64,000 bases of DNA from an uncultured Verrucomicrobiae bacterium (GCA_963837955.1 CAWIPH010000002.1:10966-74965); one strand, 5' to 3'. Shown: positions 17,034 through 25,677, counted from the stretch's first letter. The notes: generated by a model from the sequence alone, not told the origin. A program made the numbers and translations.

Positions 17034-19730
17034 CTATATCCACGATCGGTATCGTCGAAGAAACCAGGCCTTGACCACCTGAGTGAGTAAACAATAAGCA
17101 ACGAGGATTCCGCTCAACCAACAAAAGTAAATCAGGGGTAACCGGACCAGACCAATCGCGGATCCGATGCTCGTGAAAGGCAACACAGCGCCGGCAAACA
17201 TGACGATGATGGTTGTAGCAAGTAGAGGAGGACAGGCCCAACTCTGCAAGAACGGAATCTTGCGAGTTCGGATCATGTGCACGATCAGGGTCTGAGAGAG
17301 CAAGCCCTCGACGAACCAACCGGATTGGAAAAAAGCTCTTTGCTCACCCGTCCCCACACCGAAAAGCCACCATAGTAGAGCAAACGTCGCGAGATCGAAA
17401 ATCGAACTGATTGGGCCAAAAACCATCATGAACCGCGCGATTCCTTGAGACTCCCAACGACGCGGTCGCGCCAGATCTTCCGGGTCAACGGGATCAAAAG
17501 GGATGGTTGTTTGAGAAAGATCGTATAAAAGATTCTGGACTAACAATTGGAGCGGTAACATTGGCAAAAAAGATAAGAAGGCGCTGGAACCGAGAATCGT
17601 CAGAACGTTTCCGAAATTCGAGCTAGCGGCCATCTTTATATACTTGACGATATTGGCCGAATTTCGCCTTCCCTCGACCACGACGTTCACCAGACCGGTG
17701 AGACTCTTTTCTAGCATGATGATGTCCGCCGATTCTTTCGCGACATCGACTGCTGTGTCCACGGAGATCCCAACATCCGCTTCCCGGAGCGCAGCCGCGT
17801 CGTTAATTCCATCGCCCAAAAAGCCGACGGTGTTTCCTGCTGCTTTCAAAGCCGAGATCACGCGCGACTTCTGCAAAGGCGTCAGCTTGGCGAAAAGCGT
17901 GGTTTGAGTAACAGCTCTTTTCAGCTCCTCCTCAGTCAGTGATTCGACTTCGCTCCCGAGCAGAACATTATTCACTTCGAGATCAACCCATTTGCAAATC
18001 CGGCGAGCGACTAATTCGCTGTCTCCCGTCAAAATTTTCACCTCCACACCTTCTCGCCGCAGTGCGGCTAGCGCTTCGGTAGCTGACTCCTTTGGTGGAT
18101 CCAAGAAAGCGATAAAACCAACTAACACGAGGTCGCGTTCGTCGTTTGCCAGATACTTATAGCTAGTCTGATCGACCGAAATGTCTTTGTAGGCGACCGC
18201 CAGTACGCGAAGACCATCCATGCTCAACTCGTCCCGCGAGAATAAAATCGATTCCCGGAGTTTGGGCGACAACGGCACAATTTTGCCATCAAGTTTTGCT
18301 GAGCTGCAGACTGCAATCACTTCTTCGACAGCGCCCTTACAAATCAGTTCGTGCTGCTGGCGGTCCTTTTCAAGAATGACGGACATCCGCCTGCGCTCGA
18401 AGTCGAAAGGGAGTTCGTCGACCTTGCGATAGCTCTCGCTGATGTGGAGCGCTTCGTGAAGTTCGCCATGCTCCAGCACAGCGGCGTCGAGCAGGTTCTT
18501 CAACCCGGTCTGAAAATAACTGTTCAGGTAAGCGTATTGCAGAACATCGTCATCTCCATTACCCAGAATATCGAGATGATGTTCCAGGATGATTCGGTCA
18601 ATCGTGAGCGTACCCGTCTTGTCGGTGCAAAGAACGTTCATCGCTCCCAGGTTTTCGATCGAGTTAAGCCGCTTAACGATTACTTTGTTTCGTACCATCG
18701 ACACGGCGCCGCGGGTAAGGTTGGCCGCAATGATGACGGGCAGCATTTCCGGGGTTAACCCGACCGCTACCGACAAAGCGAAAAGAAGGGAGGAGGCCCA
18801 GTCTCCCTTGGTCAAGCCGTTTAGCAGGAGTACGACGGGGAGGACCGCGAACATGAACCGGATGAATAACCAGCTAATGCTGTTGATGCCCTGATCAAAG
18901 CTGGTGAAAGAGCGCTGGCTTCTCGTTCGCTCGACGAACGACGCAAAAAGCGTGTCACCGCCGGTGGCTATAACGAGAGCCGTAGCTGTCCCACTGACAA
19001 CATTGGTGCCCATGAAACAGAGATTCGCCAGATCGGAAGGTTGCAGAATCTCTTTGGCGGAAGTCCGTCTTGCTCTCGTTGTCGAAGGCTGCAGTGTATC
19101 AAATTTTTCGGTGGGCAGCGCTTCACCGCTTAAAACCGATTCACTCACAAATAGATCGCGGGTTGTGAGCAGTCGGACGTCACCCGGGATCATGTCGCCG
19201 GCGCGGAGATAAATCACATCGCCCGGGACCACTTCTCGCAGCGGGATCTCTTGTTCTTGGCTTTTTCCGGAGGCAATTGTTCGACTGACCGTTACGGTTG
19301 TACTTACCAGGGCGCGCAAACGCGCCACGGTGCGAGTCGAACGGAATTCTTGTACGAATCGGAGCAACACACTGATGGTGACCATCAGGAGAATCAGCGA
19401 GCCGGCTGCGTTATCTCTCAACAAAAAGGAAACGACGCTCAAGACGCTGAGAAGAATAACAAAGGGGTTTCCGAAGTTACGGAGAAACTGCGAGAAGATC
19501 GACGCGGTTCGATCGTAGGTTACGGAATTATATCCGTATTCCGCTAAGCGGCTCTTTGCTTCCGTTTCGCTTAGACCATGCTCGGAAGTACGGAGGGATC
19601 GAAAAAGCTCTTCCGGTAGCGAATAAGCTGCGTCGAGGGTTTGGGGACGAATTCTTTTGGAAGCCGGAATGATACCCGGTTTGCTCGCAGCAATTTTCGG
19701 GAGTTTGCCCGGTGTCGAAAAGAGGCTCAC
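17034..19730 (-). CDS. mgtA: Magnesium-translocating P-type ATPase
   Basis: The 898-aa ORF has the phosphorylation motif CTDKTGTLT, the hinge GDGINDAAALREADVGISV, and TGES-like LSGEALP. Length and topology fit the MgtA/MgtB class. A 4-bp overlap joins it to the upstream kinase gene. Confidence 0.9.
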   Translation of the reverse strand: MSLFSTPGKLPKIAASKPGIIPASKRIRPQTLDAAYSLPEELFRSLRTSEHGLSETEAKSRLAEYGYNSVTYDRTASIFSQFLRNFGNPFVILLSVLSVVSFLLRDNAAGSLILLMVTISVLLRFVQEFRSTRTVARLRALVSTTVTVSRTIASGKSQEQEIPLREVVPGDVIYLRAGDMIPGDVRLLTTRDLFVSESVLSGEALPTEKFDTLQPSTTRARRTSAKEILQPSDLANLCFMGTNVVSGTATALVIATGGDTLFASFVERTRSQRSFTSFDQGINSISWLFIRFMFAVLPVVLLLNGLTKGDWASSLLFALSVAVGLTPEMLPVIIAANLTRGAVSMVRNKVIVKRLNSIENLGAMNVLCTDKTGTLTIDRIILEHHLDILGNGDDDVLQYAYLNSYFQTGLKNLLDAAVLEHGELHEALHISESYRKVDELPFDFERRRMSVILEKDRQQHELICKGAVEEVIAVCSSAKLDGKIVPLSPKLRESILFSRDELSMDGLRVLAVAYKDISVDQTSYKYLANDERDLVLVGFIAFLDPPKESATEALAALRREGVEVKILTGDSELVARRICKWVDLEVNNVLLGSEVESLTEEELKRAVTQTTLFAKLTPLQKSRVISALKAAGNTVGFLGDGINDAAALREADVGISVDTAVDVAKESADIIMLEKSLTGLVNVVVEGRRNSANIVKYIKMAASSNFGNVLTILGSSAFLSFLPMLPLQLLVQNLLYDLSQTTIPFDPVDPEDLARPRRWESQGIARFMMVFGPISSIFDLATFALLWWLFGVGTGEQRAFFQSGWFVEGLLSQTLIVHMIRTRKIPFLQSWACPPLLATTIIVMFAGAVLPFTSIGSAIGLVRLPLIYFCWLSGILVAYCLLTQVVKAWFLRRYRSWI

Positions 19731-20755
19731 GATTGATCTTTAGTCTCGCGACCAGTCTCTTCTGAAATTTGCAAACTGACCTCATACCACCCGTTCTGGC
19801 GATTGGTGCTGAGCTCGATATTCCCTTGCAGGGCAACCAATGCGGCGACGATGCGGCGTCCCAGACCGATGTTGTGTGCGTCGTCGGCATCTTCGAGCCG
19901 TATCTGATTCCTAATCGAGAGAATTGTGGCATCAGTCTCGGTTTGAACGGTCGCGTGAATCGTTCCCTTTCCATGGCGCAAACTGTTGGTCAGGAGACTA
20001 TAGAGAATCTGTTTAAAATACCTTGGATCGGCGTTTATGGGCGCTTGCTTGGAAACGACCTCGATCAGTCGTTCCTGATCTCGAGCGAGTAAACGGAAAT
20101 CTTCAGCGACGTCATTAAGCAGCTCTGCCAAGTCGAATCTTATTCGATCGGGCTTCAGATGTCCCTGTTCGGCCCGCGCAATGAGGAGGGCCTGTTCGAC
20201 ATGCATGGTTAGCCGGAGCAGCTCCGTTTGGATCTCCTCAGCTAAGTTAGGCTCGATCTTGTCGGCCGCCTCTTCGATCTTGAGCCGGATGATAGTCAAG
20301 GGGGCTCTCAGCTCGTGGGCGACTTGGGCTGAATAGCTCTGCAATTGGTGAAGAGTTAAGCTGACGCGGGATAGCAGGCCGTTGATGTGATTTTGGAGCT
20401 CCTGCAACTCGGGTTCATCCGTTTCTATGCGGACTTGAACCTGTAGGTTATGCGGTTCGATCGCGTCCAATTGATCGTTGAGCAAAACGATCGGCTTAAA
20501 CGCGGTGCGGGTGACCAGCCAACCGGCACCAGCAAAAGCTGCCGCCACCAGGACGCCGTACGAGACCAAGAGAATCGGTGATAGTACGATCGATTTTCCT
20601 GGGCCTCCAGGTTGGACCGATGCTACGTCCGGATTGCTATTGGTGATACGCTGACTGTAAATCTGAAAATAAGCGGCCGTTCCGAAAAAGACCGCGGATA
20701 CTCCGAGAAAGGTAAGCAAAAACCACAAGTAAATCCGCGACCAGAACGTCTTCAT
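19727..20755 (-). CDS. Sensor histidine kinase with a very short extracytoplasmic loop
   Basis: Two N-terminal TM segments flank a ~25-aa loop. These are followed by a HAMP-like linker, the H-box AHELRAPLT and an ATPase domain (...GLGRRIVAALV...). A 4-bp overlap joins it to the regulator gene. Confidence 0.85.
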   Translation of the reverse strand: MKTFWSRIYLWFLLTFLGVSAVFFGTAAYFQIYSQRITNSNPDVASVQPGGPGKSIVLSPILLVSYGVLVAAAFAGAGWLVTRTAFKPIVLLNDQLDAIEPHNLQVQVRIETDEPELQELQNHINGLLSRVSLTLHQLQSYSAQVAHELRAPLTIIRLKIEEAADKIEPNLAEEIQTELLRLTMHVEQALLIARAEQGHLKPDRIRFDLAELLNDVAEDFRLLARDQERLIEVVSKQAPINADPRYFKQILYSLLTNSLRHGKGTIHATVQTETDATILSIRNQIRLEDADDAHNIGLGRRIVAALVALQGNIELSTNRQNGWYEVSLQISEETGRETKDQS

Positions 20756-21429
20756 GTGTCCGCTTTGCGCAGGGCAAATCCGACTCCACGCACGGTTTGC
20801 ACAAGCGGAACCAAGCCGGGCAAATCAATCTTCGAGCGCAGGTGGTTCATATAAACGTTCACGACGTTGGTTTGAGAGTCGAAGAACTGATTCCAAACCC
20901 GCTCAACGATCACGGCTTTGCTTACCGGCTTTGGCGCGGTCATCATTAACACTTCCAGGAGCGCAAACTCCCGGTTAGTCAGCTCGATTACCTTTCCGGC
21001 ACGCTTGGCCTGACGCGAAACGAGATCTAACTCGAGGTCCTCGAATCTCAGCAGATTGGAGGCTTGTGGCCTTTGCCGTCGCAAGAGCGCTCGGAGTCGA
21101 GCAAGTAGTTCGACAACCGAGAAAGGCTTAACCATGTAGTCGTCGCCGCCGACGTCCAGGCCCCGCACTCTGTCCTCGATCTCTCCCCTGGCGGTGAGGA
21201 ATAGGACCGGGGTCTGATTCTCTTTCCGGCGAAGAGATCGCGCAATGGTGAACCCATCGCGAATCGGCATCATGACATCCAGGATGATCGCGTCGTAAGA
21301 GTTGTTTTCCGCCAGCCAGAGTGCTTCGTCGCCGTCCTCGGCATAATCCACCGCGTATCCTTCAGCAGTCAGCGCCTGCTGAATATGCTTGCCGACCCTG
21401 ATATCATCGTCAGCAAGAAGTATTCGCAT
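20752..21429 (-). CDS. OmpR/PhoB-family response regulator
   Basis: The receiver domain reads MRILLADDD...AIILDVMMP...FLTARGE. The winged-helix output reads LTNREFALLEVLM...VRGVGFALR. Confidence 0.9.
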   Translation of the reverse strand: MRILLADDDIRVGKHIQQALTAEGYAVDYAEDGDEALWLAENNSYDAIILDVMMPIRDGFTIARSLRRKENQTPVLFLTARGEIEDRVRGLDVGGDDYMVKPFSVVELLARLRALLRRQRPQASNLLRFEDLELDLVSRQAKRAGKVIELTNREFALLEVLMMTAPKPVSKAVIVERVWNQFFDSQTNVVNVYMNHLRSKIDLPGLVPLVQTVRGVGFALRKADT

Positions 21430-21478
21430 TGCTCCAATCTAAGACTAGGGATGCCGATCACAATGGACCGGATCGATC

Positions 21479-21715
21479 TTATTTCTTCGTAAGTATTTGA
21501 GTGGCGAGATCGAAGACATGGTACATGAACAACCCGACCATCAGAAGCAGATAGACTCGCAGGGAGATGAGTGACCAGCGTACGCTATTGGTCATTTCCA
21601 TTGGCGGGAGATGATCGGACTTGAGCTTCTGCTCCGGAATATCGTCAAGCGGATGCACGACCAGGAAATAATTGTGTTCCTGCGGACTGGGTAGTTGAGT
21701 CGATGATAGAGCCAT
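21479..21715 (-). CDS. Small single-pass membrane protein, unknown function
   Basis: This 78-aa ORF has a C-terminal TM helix (WSLISLRVYLLLMVGLFMYHVF). It is wedged between the NRAMP gene and the two-component genes on the same strand. No family was recognised. Confidence 0.4.
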   Translation of the reverse strand: MALSSTQLPSPQEHNYFLVVHPLDDIPEQKLKSDHLPPMEMTNSVRWSLISLRVYLLLMVGLFMYHVFDLATQILTKK

Positions 21716-21743
21716 AGAGTTCCCTTTCTTAGGTGGTTTGGTT

Positions 21744-23069
21744 TCAGCTGCTGGTCGGGAATAGTTGCGGCGCCATGACTTGGGCGGCCAGGATCAACGA
21801 AAGAGCAAACAGGACGGTGATGATGGTCCAGTTGATGATATTATTCCATCGCTTGTTGACCCATTCATCGCCGAGCAGCTTATGGTCGTTGAGCAGCAGC
21901 TGCAGGAAGATAATCGCCGAGGGGAGAATGATCCCGGCTAACACCTGAACGCCCAGGATAATCAATTGGAGAGGCGCTCCCGGGATCAGAACAATCGATG
22001 CCGCGAGTAAGGTGCAGACCGCGTAGATGCTATAGAAACCCGGAGCATCTTTGAACGACATGTTCAGGCTGTGTTTCCATCCTCGGACCTCGCTGTAGGC
22101 CCAAGCGCTGGACAAGGAGATGGCCGTAGTACCAAGGACGGCGGCGTTGCAAAACATTAGCAAAATGGCATTACGAACGAACTCGTTAGTAAACGGTAGG
22201 ATCGCTTCGGCCATTTTTGCGGGATCCTCATAAGTCAGTCCGTGTTGGTGCGAGACATTGCCAACGATAATCATCGCTCCGGCCACCGTAACAGTGAAAG
22301 TAGCGCCAATTAACGTGTCCAAGCGTGCCCACTTCAGATCCGCAAAGCGCAGTTTTTTATCCGCGATACAGCTCTGCTGAAAGAAGAGCTGCCAGGGCGC
22401 GATCGTCGTACCGACAATAGCGATAACCAAGAAGACAAGGTTCGGGGTGATGCCTCCTGGCGGGATGTTCGGGATGAGCGTGTGACGCACAACCGAGCTT
22501 GCGTGCGGGTGAGAAAAGAACGCGTTGACCAACCAAATAAGATCCAACAAGCAAAGTACGCACGTGATGCGCTCCCAACGTTTGTACCTTTGCGTTATTA
22601 CGTGAATAACCAAGAGGATGGCTGCGATCGGCACCGAAATGTAGGGACTGATTCCCATTTGCTGAGTCGCCAAGGAAATCGCGGCGAATTCGGTTACGAG
22701 GGTTAGGAAATTGACTAGCAACAGGTCGAAGAGCGAGAAGCGGCCCCACCATTTACCAAATCGCTCGTAGATCATCGCGGCGTGACCCTTACCGGTGGCA
22801 ATCCCTAACCGGACCACCATTTCCTGAATGAAGTAGCAGACCGGCAACAGCAGCAGCATCAGCCAGAGCAAATTGAGGCCGTACTGGCCGCCTGCTTGCG
22901 TATAGGTCGAGACGGCGCCGGCATCGTTGTCCGCTTCCATGACGATCAGGCCCGGGCCGAACACCATGAAAAAGGTAAGGATATTCCGCGCCCAGGTACC
23001 CTTCACTCGATACCCCCGGACCGGTGTGCGGAGTTCGTCCGCCGGTCCGCTCTCGGGCACCGGGCTCAT
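21744..23069 (-). CDS. NRAMP/SLC11-family divalent cation transporter with a non-canonical (NRMT-like, Mg2+-type) binding site
   Basis: GPGLIVMEADNDAGAVSTYTQAGGQYGLNLLW aligns with the canonical GPGF..a.iDPGNiatd.qaGa.yGy.LLW, so DPGN becomes DAGA. The TM6 segment GTTIAPWQLFF aligns with the canonical GA.vMPHnlyL, so Ala becomes Thr, Met becomes Ala, and His becomes Trp. A GGAGG motif sits 7 nt upstream of the ATG. Confidence 0.85.
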   Translation of the reverse strand: MSPVPESGPADELRTPVRGYRVKGTWARNILTFFMVFGPGLIVMEADNDAGAVSTYTQAGGQYGLNLLWLMLLLLPVCYFIQEMVVRLGIATGKGHAAMIYERFGKWWGRFSLFDLLLVNFLTLVTEFAAISLATQQMGISPYISVPIAAILLVIHVITQRYKRWERITCVLCLLDLIWLVNAFFSHPHASSVVRHTLIPNIPPGGITPNLVFLVIAIVGTTIAPWQLFFQQSCIADKKLRFADLKWARLDTLIGATFTVTVAGAMIIVGNVSHQHGLTYEDPAKMAEAILPFTNEFVRNAILLMFCNAAVLGTTAISLSSAWAYSEVRGWKHSLNMSFKDAPGFYSIYAVCTLLAASIVLIPGAPLQLIILGVQVLAGIILPSAIIFLQLLLNDHKLLGDEWVNKRWNNIINWTIITVLFALSLILAAQVMAPQLFPTSS

Positions 23070-23296
23070 TGAGCGCCTCCTTCTCTCAGTTCCACGATTG
23101 GATCGAGTCGGTAGTCCGGAACCCCGGCAGCTTGGTTGTCCTCCAGTGGCGTTCTCTCACGGCTCATAATAATTCTCCCTGTTTAATTACGTTACGGAGC
23201 CGCGGGCGAAGCGGCGATAGCGACACAGGGCAATCTGCCAGAGCACGATAAATTTCCGGGAAGCCTGGGATTAAAAATTCTTAATCTTGGGCCAAC

Positions 23297-23481
23297 GACG
23301 TAGCTTGATCCTCCTGGCTCAGGGGGGCGCAGAGTGTGATTGGTGGGGCCTATCGGCAAATCTTCGGCAAAAATCCCCCCACCTCCCTCTCACTAATCAC
23401 TAATTTAGTAAGCGGTCGGCGTACCTGGCGTATCCGATCTCCGGCATCGGCTCCCCGCTTACTAATCTAATCACTGATCAC
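23297..23481. repeat. Truncated/rearranged copy of the MITE-like element
   Basis: The left TIR GACGTAGCTTGATCCTCCTGGCTCAGGGG is present, with GTGATTGG and CACTAATCACTAAT modules. No matching right TIR is found. It contains an extra hairpin, TTAGTAAGCGG...CCGCTTACTAA. Confidence 0.65.
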
Positions 23482-23532
23482 GTTTCGGGGGAACGAAGGC
23501 GGGAGCAAGATGGACGCGCGGAGCGCATCCCG

Positions 23533-24390
23533 CTACAGCCGTTCCAAATAGACTCGGTACGGCGAATCGGGTAGGCTGGAAACCAGCTCCCTGAATTGTG
23601 CTCGATTCAAGAAGCCCATTTCCAGGGCGACCTGTTCGATGCAGCCAATCTTCAATCCCTGCCGCTTTTCGATGGTTGCAATGTAATTGCCGGCCTCCAG
23701 CAGACTCTCGTGCGTTCCGGTATCCAACCAGGCTACACCTTGTTCGAGAATTTTGACGGTCAACTCGCCTCCGAACAGATATGCACGCGCCAGATCGGTG
23801 ATCTCGAGCTCGCCCCGATCAGAAGGTTCCAAATTTTCAGCAATTTCGACGCAATGCTGATCGAACAAGTACAGACCAGCTACCGCATAGTTGCTCTTCG
23901 GATGCTTCGGTTTTTCCTGCAGTCCCGTGGCTTGCCCGAACCTATCAAATTCAACCACGCCATAGCGTTCGGGATCGCTGACCGGATAGGCGAATATTGC
24001 GCCACCCTTGTCGATTCGTAGCGCTTCGCGCAAGAAGTCCAGGTTCCCGTGAAAGATGTTATCACCCAGGATCAGCGCAATCCCTTGATCACCAATAAAA
24101 TCGCTCCCGACGATAAACGCATGTGCAATACCGGCAGGTTTCGCCTGTTCAGCATAGGCAATGTTTAGTCCAAGCTTTGATCCATCTCCGAACAGCTCTC
24201 GAAACCTCGGCAAATCTCGTGGCGTCGAGATGAGAAGGATGTCGCGGATGCCCGCTTGCATCAATGTGGCCAAAGGATAGAAGACCAACGGTTTATCGTA
24301 AACGGGAAGAAGCTGTTTGCAGACGACGTCGGTGAGAGGATGGAGCCGCGTACCGGCGCCCCCCGCTAGGACGATCCCTTTAGTAATCAT
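23533..24390 (-). CDS. rfbA: Glucose-1-phosphate thymidylyltransferase
   Basis: MITKGIVLAGGAGTRLHPLTDVVCKQLLPVYDKPLVFYPLATLMQAGIRDILLISTP is the canonical RmlA/RfbA N-terminus. The protein is 285 aa. Confidence 0.9.
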   Translation of the reverse strand: MITKGIVLAGGAGTRLHPLTDVVCKQLLPVYDKPLVFYPLATLMQAGIRDILLISTPRDLPRFRELFGDGSKLGLNIAYAEQAKPAGIAHAFIVGSDFIGDQGIALILGDNIFHGNLDFLREALRIDKGGAIFAYPVSDPERYGVVEFDRFGQATGLQEKPKHPKSNYAVAGLYLFDQHCVEIAENLEPSDRGELEITDLARAYLFGGELTVKILEQGVAWLDTGTHESLLEAGNYIATIEKRQGLKIGCIEQVALEMGFLNRAQFRELVSSLPDSPYRVYLERL

Positions 24391-24404
24391 AGTTGGACCG
24401 AAGA

Positions 24405-24782
24405 GAAACTCACGCCAAGCGGCGAAAGAATCTCACGCAAAGACCCGGAGAATCTCACGCAAAGACGCAAAGACGCAAAGTTTTGAAAGGGAGTCCGGGC
24501 CGTCGAAAGCCACAGTGATTTGTGAGAAGTGATTGGTGATGGGGTGAAAATCCTCGCAAAGGTAGCGTAGCCTGATGCTCCGCCTCAGGAGATTGGCGCG
24601 CCTTGGATTCCTGAGGCGGAGCATCAGGCTACTCTGGCTTCGTTCCGCCCATAAAACGGCATCGACCGCATTGTCCGCTCAAACTTTGCGTCTTTGCGTC
24701 TTTGCGTGAGATTCGAATAAGGACCGGCGGGAGCCGATCCCTACCGGTCTTGGCGTGAGATTCTTCTTTGCGTGAGATCTCA
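24405..24782. repeat. ~380-bp nested palindrome built from 8-mer, 7-mer and TIR-like modules
   Basis: A perfect 31-bp inverted repeat pairs GAATCTCACGCAAAGACGCAAAGACGCAAAG (24450-24480) with CTTTGCGTCTTTGCGTCTTTGCGTGAGATTC (24684-24714). The central perfect hairpin pairs GTAGCCTGATGCTCCGCCTCAGGA (24567-24590) with TCCTGAGGCGGAGCATCAGGCTAC (24609-24632). GTGATTTGTGAGAAGTGATTGGTGA lies in between, and additional CTCACGC copies lie at both outer edges. Confidence 0.85.
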
Positions 24783-25226
24783 AATCTCGAAGGCCATGAC
24801 GGGACGCTCCCGGCTCTCATCGAGCATATCCTGGATCGATTTATTGCCGAACAGCTCCCGGAGCATTTCCCGGGCTTGCCGGATTACCGGTCGAAGGGGG
24901 CAGCGGAGCGGATCCGGACATCCGCATCGATCGGCCGATCTATCCAAAGCACAAGGCAGAGGAGCGATTTCGCCATCCAACAGTTCGATGATCTGCAACA
25001 TGGTCAATTCTGAGGCGCGTTTGCGCAGGGTATAGCCCCCGCCAACGCCACGTTTGCTTGAGAGAATGCCGTGGTTACGCAGGGCTAACAGAATTTGCTC
25101 GAGAAACTTAACCGGGATGTTACCTCGCTCGGAGAGCTCTTGAATCTGGTGAATTTTGCCGGGGGGATCTTGAGCGATAATGAATAAAGCGCGTAAAGCA
25201 TACTCCGCTTTCCGAGAAATCCGCAT
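24780..25226 (-). CDS. Rrf2-family transcriptional regulator (Cys-rich, possibly Fe-S binding)
   Basis: MRISRKAEYALRALFIIA...IPVKFLEQILLALRNHGILSSKRGVGGGYTL is the Rrf2 wHTH. It has a downstream Cys cluster, PCALDRSADRCGCPDPLRCP. Confidence 0.85.
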   Translation of the reverse strand: MRISRKAEYALRALFIIAQDPPGKIHQIQELSERGNIPVKFLEQILLALRNHGILSSKRGVGGGYTLRKRASELTMLQIIELLDGEIAPLPCALDRSADRCGCPDPLRCPLRPVIRQAREMLRELFGNKSIQDMLDESRERPVMAFEI

Positions 25227-25229
25227 AAT

Positions 25230-25520
25230 CTAATCTCTTCCGTTTTGAGCAGCCAAAGGTTCGCGGCCGTCAAATAGTCGCTCGTAGGTGGCAGCAATGA
25301 CCCGCCAATCGTAATTGGCGCTGACGCTGACGCGAGCCGAATCACTCATCCGCTGCCATCGAGCAGGCGACTTCCAAAGCCGCACGATTTCTGCTGCGAT
25401 CATTTCGCAATTCATCAATCGAGAAGAGTAAACCATTTTCTTGATCTAATACCAGATCAACATTGCCTGGAATACGGCTGGCGACAACCGGTAGACCAGA
25501 CGCAAGCGCCTCAAGTAGAA
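25230..25520 (-). pseudogene. C-terminal remnant of a GT4-type glycosyltransferase (5' part missing, internal frameshift)
   Basis: ORF 25342..25629 reads ...ILLEALASGLPVVASRIPGNVDLVLDQENGLLF, the GT-B C-domain EX7E region. ORF 25230..25436, in another frame, continues with ...IVRLWKSPARWQRMSDSARVSVSANYDWRVIAATYERLF. Upstream of about 25520 the reading frame is replaced by the GGGAACGCC repeat array. Confidence 0.6.
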
Positions 25521-25600
25521 TAACGCCGGGAACGCCGGGAACGCCGGGAACGCCGTTATCGCCGGGAACGCGAAAACCGTGAGAAGTGATTGGTAAGACG
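25519..25600. repeat. 9-bp tandem array (GGGAACGCC) plus heptamer module
   Basis: GGGAACGCC occurs 3 times (25528-25554), followed by GTTATCGCC and GGGAACGCG and then GTGAGAAGTGATTGGTAAG. Confidence 0.85.
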
Positions 25601-25677
25601 TGCGAGCCAAAACACCGCGGCTCTTGCACCTTTAGCCTGAATATCCCGTGTTCGGTGTTCGATCTGCAATTTGCTAT

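Noticed and set aside
24450-24714. Whether the short tandem units (ACGCAAAG, GGGAACGCC, GTGATTG) form a CRISPR array
   Set aside because: The units are 7-9 bp and directly adjacent, with no spacers. CRISPR repeats are ~24-48 bp and are separated by unique spacers of similar length. No cas genes lie in the window.
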